Positions 60,533 to 64,000 of a stretch of 64,000 nt of DNA are shown here, piece after piece. How positions within the stretch are numbered: position 1 is the first letter of the stretch; every line of letters starts with the position of its first letter. Source of the DNA: a bacterium (GTDB lineage Bacteria; UBA10199; DSSB01); the NCBI GenBank assembly GCA_046346845.1, contig JAXMHH010000002.1:426747-490746 (forward strand), in the 5' to 3' direction. The position numbers and the translations under genes were made by a program. The notes beneath the pieces were generated by a model that saw only the letters and a list, made by a program, of their open reading frames with translations, made no database searches and was not told the DNA's origin.

Positions 60533-61744
60533 TCAAAGCAGGAAAAAGGGCGGCAAGGGAGGGAAATCGGAAGGCAGCAAGACGTCGGCTTCCGTGGTGG
60601 CAGGCAGGAAGGCCTCGCCGCTGGTGTCGATTCCCAAGTCGATGCAGATCCCTTGTTCCACTTCGCTGGCGGTCGTGATGCGGGCACAGGTGGTGGGCAA
60701 GACCGTCTCGACTTCGGTGTTGGGGTTCTTGTCGAAAAAGGAGCCGCTCCAGAAATTCTGGTCGTCGCGAAACCTGCCGATGTACTTCTGGCTCGAAATC
60801 AGGTCCCGATCACCACCCATGGCCTTCGTTTCGATGCCGTCGAAGGTGCTCTTGACCGTCTTCTCGAGATAATTTTCTCCCGTGGTGGTGGTTTTGCCCA
60901 GCTGCACCACCGAGTTGTCGAGGCGGTTGGAAAACAACAAGGTGCCGTCGCTCTGCGTAAAATCGTTCAACAAGAAGACCTGGGTCGATAGATTATGCTC
61001 GTTTTGCGGGTCGCGATGGTTGTAAACGACGCCGATCAGGAAGCGTTCGAAGAGATTCACGTCGGGAACGTCGAAAACATTGATGCGAAAGCTTCCCGCC
61101 CCCGGATTTTCCTCATTGCCGGGGGTGGCGGGGTCGTCTTTCAGCGGAAGTTGGGTGAAGAAACCGGCCATCATCGGGACGAAGGGTTGGTCCGGTGCCA
61201 TTTGCCGCCATACGCGAAACCCGACCGGTTTCAGATCGGCGAGTGGGGCGGCCTTGGGGCAAGCATCCAACTGGCAGCCCACGGGACAGGTGCAGCCGGT
61301 GAAGCCGTCATCGACCCCGTCGCCGTTGAAGTCGTAATCGGAAAAATCGAATTTAAAGGTTTGAGGCAGCGCATCCGGATCCTGAAAAGTGCCCTGGAAG
61401 GTTCGCACTTGGGGGCTTACCGGGATATCGATCGCATTGAAAGGGGTAAGCAGACCAGACAAAACATCTTCGTTGAGCGACCGCGCGACATCCGGACCGA
61501 TGGGTATGATGTTGGCGAGGGTAAACTGAGCGGTCTGAATTTTCTCCGCAAGGAATTTTTGGGTGGGCCCGCTGCTGGCGGTACTCACTTCGGAGACATC
61601 GATAGCGACATCCTTGGGAATGTTGACGACCGAGGGAATTTCCACGAGCGGCGCGGGGTTGGTTGCGCTGCCGCTGCAAGCCAACAGGCCCCATATCAGA
61701 ATTCCGGGTAATATTTTACTTACCTTGCGAAGGCAACCCATCAA
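60533..61744 (-). CDS. Hypothetical beta-rich lipoprotein
   Basis: Lipobox LLAC; DFNGDGVDD Ca-binding-like loop; CTCPVGC cluster. Confidence 0.65.
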   Translation of the reverse strand: MMGCLRKVSKILPGILIWGLLACSGSATNPAPLVEIPSVVNIPKDVAIDVSEVSTASSGPTQKFLAEKIQTAQFTLANIIPIGPDVARSLNEDVLSGLLTPFNAIDIPVSPQVRTFQGTFQDPDALPQTFKFDFSDYDFNGDGVDDGFTGCTCPVGCQLDACPKAAPLADLKPVGFRVWRQMAPDQPFVPMMAGFFTQLPLKDDPATPGNEENPGAGSFRINVFDVPDVNLFERFLIGVVYNHRDPQNEHNLSTQVFLLNDFTQSDGTLLFSNRLDNSVVQLGKTTTTGENYLEKTVKSTFDGIETKAMGGDRDLISSQKYIGRFRDDQNFWSGSFFDKNPNTEVETVLPTTCARITTASEVEQGICIDLGIDTSGEAFLPATTEADVLLPSDFPPLPPFFLL

Positions 61745-61830
61745 AGTACCTTATCCATTGCCAGCTTTTCACCGCTCTCCTACAATGGAGCTTCCGAGGA
61801 ATTGTAAGCTATAGTGGTCGGGTAACAACA

Positions 61831-62469
61831 ATGAAAAAAAACCTGTTGCGTCGTATCCTGGCGATGACAATCGTGTTTATCCCCCTGCTCTTTGGAGGAA
61901 GTCTTCAGGGCTCCAACGGCGCTCAGGTTTCGGGAGGCGCCTGCTCCAAGCAATCGAATGTACCGCCCAGCGACATCGATAGCGATGGAATCCCGGATGA
62001 ATTAGACAATTGCCCCGGCGATTATAATCCCAATCAAAACGACAGCGATGGAAACGGTGTTGGAGAAATTTGCGAAGCCTTCGAGCCCTTTGATGGCCAG
62101 ATCACTTGCGAGTTGCCTGCCTGCGATAGCGCTGAGGAATGCCAGGATGCCCTCGACGACCTATGTCCCCAAGACGCGATCGAGTTGAATTTTTTGGGGC
62201 TGGCATTGAATTGCTGTGACCGGGCCTGCGCGGTGACGAATCCCGAATCAGAAATTCTTTGTCCGGCGGACTCTTGTCCCGAACCTTTTGTTCATTGTTC
62301 CAGCGACGAGGATTGCTCCTCCGAGGGTTTGGGGCCATGCGTCGAGGGTTGTTGCATGGGGTTCGTTGAGGAACCGGCTCCTTGCGAGTGCGTCTGTCCT
62401 GTCGACGATCCCGGATGCGTCTGTCCGCCTTGTGAGGAGCCGGGTGGCGAACCCCCACCGCCGCCCTGA
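61831..62469 (+). CDS. Secreted Cys-rich protein with thrombospondin type-3 repeat
   Basis: Signal peptide; DIDSDGIPDELDNCP..NPNQNDSDGNGVGEIC; many Cys; Pro tail. Confidence 0.78.
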   Translation: MKKNLLRRILAMTIVFIPLLFGGSLQGSNGAQVSGGACSKQSNVPPSDIDSDGIPDELDNCPGDYNPNQNDSDGNGVGEICEAFEPFDGQITCELPACDSAEECQDALDDLCPQDAIELNFLGLALNCCDRACAVTNPESEILCPADSCPEPFVHCSSDEDCSSEGLGPCVEGCCMGFVEEPAPCECVCPVDDPGCVCPPCEEPGGEPPPPP

Positions 62470-62547
62470 GCCCGCTACTACCCTTCCGAAAATAATCCAT
62501 GACCTACCCGAGCCGCCTCGCTAAAATATGCTTCGGGGGAGGGGGCG

Positions 62548-64000
62548 ATGCGCCTTAAAGAGATCGGTTTAGCAAAATCATCCTTGAAACACGTCGCCAA
62601 GCCCTATGGCATCACCACGGCCGTGGCGGGTTTTATCAGCGATTTCATCAAGCCCGGCTTTAATACCCCTCCTTACCTGCTCGTGGTCGCAGCGCTTGGC
62701 TTTGTCGCCACGCTGGTATTGTTCCGCAAGCGCGCCAAAGCGGAGGGCCTGGAATCCACCTTCAATTCGAAGCTCGGCGGCTGGCTCACCTTTTTCTCGC
62801 TTTCCATGGTGACCTGGGGCGCCATCACCTTGATCTTTACGGCGACTCCCGAGAAGGGGGTGACGGCCACGGTGATCCCGGGCGTCGCCGATTTGCAAGC
62901 GCGGCTCTTGAAGATCGGCGAGGACGTGACCGAGATCAAGGGCACCGTCGGACGCATCGAGGAGAAGATCGATCAGCTGTCCAAATCCGGCACGGTGATT
63001 CCCCACCCCCAGACGCCCGAGGAATACTTCGTGAATGCCCGCTTCTACGAGGTAAAGGGCAATACCGGCGAGGCCTTGAAGGCCTATGAAAAATTTTTGG
63101 AATTAAAGCCCGATTACGCCGACGTCCACGCGGCCTACCAAACCCTGATGAACAACACCCAGGGCCTCGAGGCCACTCGTCAGGTCTATAACTCCTTGCA
63201 GATTCGATACCCCAACGATCCCATCGTGGCGCTGATGGCCATTCGCCTGTTCCCGGACCGGAACGAGCGCCTCGAAAAGCTCCGGGCCTTGGCGGCCAAA
63301 TACCCGGTTTTGGGTCCGGTGCAATTCGAGTTGGCCCAGGAATACCTGAGCCCGGGACCAGGGAACGTGACGATCGGAGAGATGAAGAGCGCCAAGACCG
63401 CCTTCGAGCAATTGAAAAAGGCGGAGGAGGCGGGCGGGCTGAAAGGCTATTACCTCGATAAAGTGGCACTGGAGAAGGTCTACCAGAAGCGGGACGAATT
63501 CGAAAAAATGTCGACCGCCTTTTACGGCTCGATGATGGCAAAACCCATCGTGATGAGCGTCGAGATCCTGCCGGAATTGGTGAGTCTCAACATCGCGCCC
63601 CAAGAACCTAAGGTCCAAAAGATCTATTATTCCATCGACGCCCCCAACCCCACGATCGACACCGGGGTCTCGCCTTATTTGAAGGACCCCGCGACGGGTG
63701 CGGGCATGCCCAACACCCAGGTGACGGGCAAAATCGCCACGGGCAAGCACGTTCTCTACGCGAAATACGTGAACGCCCAAGGCAAGGAGAGCCCCGTGTC
63801 CAGCTTTCCCTTCGAGGTGCCGCCGATCCAGGCCCAGGCCCAACCCGATCCCGGTGTCTTGGGGGATCCCCGGCAAAATTTCACGGTGATTTTTCAGAGC
63901 ATCGACGGCAAAAGCTACGAGTACTTCTACAGCCTCGACCAACCGAACCTCGACCAGCGCACCAAAGGACCGAGCGTGGCCTTAACGGGACTGGGCCCTG
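62548..64000 (+). CDS. Membrane-anchored coiled-coil/TPR protein, 3'-truncated
   Basis: Not in the ORF track (no stop). SD ggagggg; MRLKEIG..., 2-3 hydrophobic segments, IKGTVGRIEEKIDQL coil, TPR EALKAYEKFLELKPDYAD; open to the window end. Confidence 0.75.
   Translation, partial: MRLKEIGLAKSSLKHVAKPYGITTAVAGFISDFIKPGFNTPPYLLVVAALGFVATLVLFRKRAKAEGLESTFNSKLGGWLTFFSLSMVTWGAITLIFTATPEKGVTATVIPGVADLQARLLKIGEDVTEIKGTVGRIEEKIDQLSKSGTVIPHPQTPEEYFVNARFYEVKGNTGEALKAYEKFLELKPDYADVHAAYQTLMNNTQGLEATRQVYNSLQIRYPNDPIVALMAIRLFPDRNERLEKLRALAAKYPVLGPVQFELAQEYLSPGPGNVTIGEMKSAKTAFEQLKKAEEAGGLKGYYLDKVALEKVYQKRDEFEKMSTAFYGSMMAKPIVMSVEILPELVSLNIAPQEPKVQKIYYSIDAPNPTIDTGVSPYLKDPATGAGMPNTQVTGKIATGKHVLYAKYVNAQGKESPVSSFPFEVPPIQAQAQPDPGVLGDPRQNFTVIFQSIDGKSYEYFYSLDQPNLDQRTKGPSVALTGLGP

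Overview
High-GC bacterial chromosome segment. MYXO-CTERM-like tails, a Ser/Thr kinase-sigma54 activator fusion and several sigma54 promoters suggest a deltaproteobacterial (Myxococcota-like) host; this is inference. The left half (1-27.4 kb) is a co-oriented array of eight paralogues sharing a ~270-aa N-terminal module (helical ESDP...ELY...LDAILGRG block, then long Gly/Ala-rich hydrophobic helices). Each module is followed by a conserved junction motif and a variable C-terminal cargo: tandem fungal/mycobacterial FAS-I-type ketosynthases, PAS, FHA-like plus methyltransferase-like, and unknown helical domains. A ninth, divergent 2068-aa member lies at 38-44 kb. The array follows a single-chain acyl-CoA carboxylase, lacks obvious immunity genes and signal peptides, and shows a 110-bp perfect identity between paralogues. 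The rest holds housekeeping genes (pirin, ychF, polyprenyl synthase, esterase, cstA, lhr, amtB-PII-glnA), a kinase-TPR-GAF-sigma54 activator flanked by outward sigma54 promoters (one reading into a ~100-nt terminated RNA), a stop-codon-targeting MITE family, a knottin-like mini-protein and a 2-kb hipBA mini-island at tRNA-Pro(CGG). All calls were made by eye, with no searches run.
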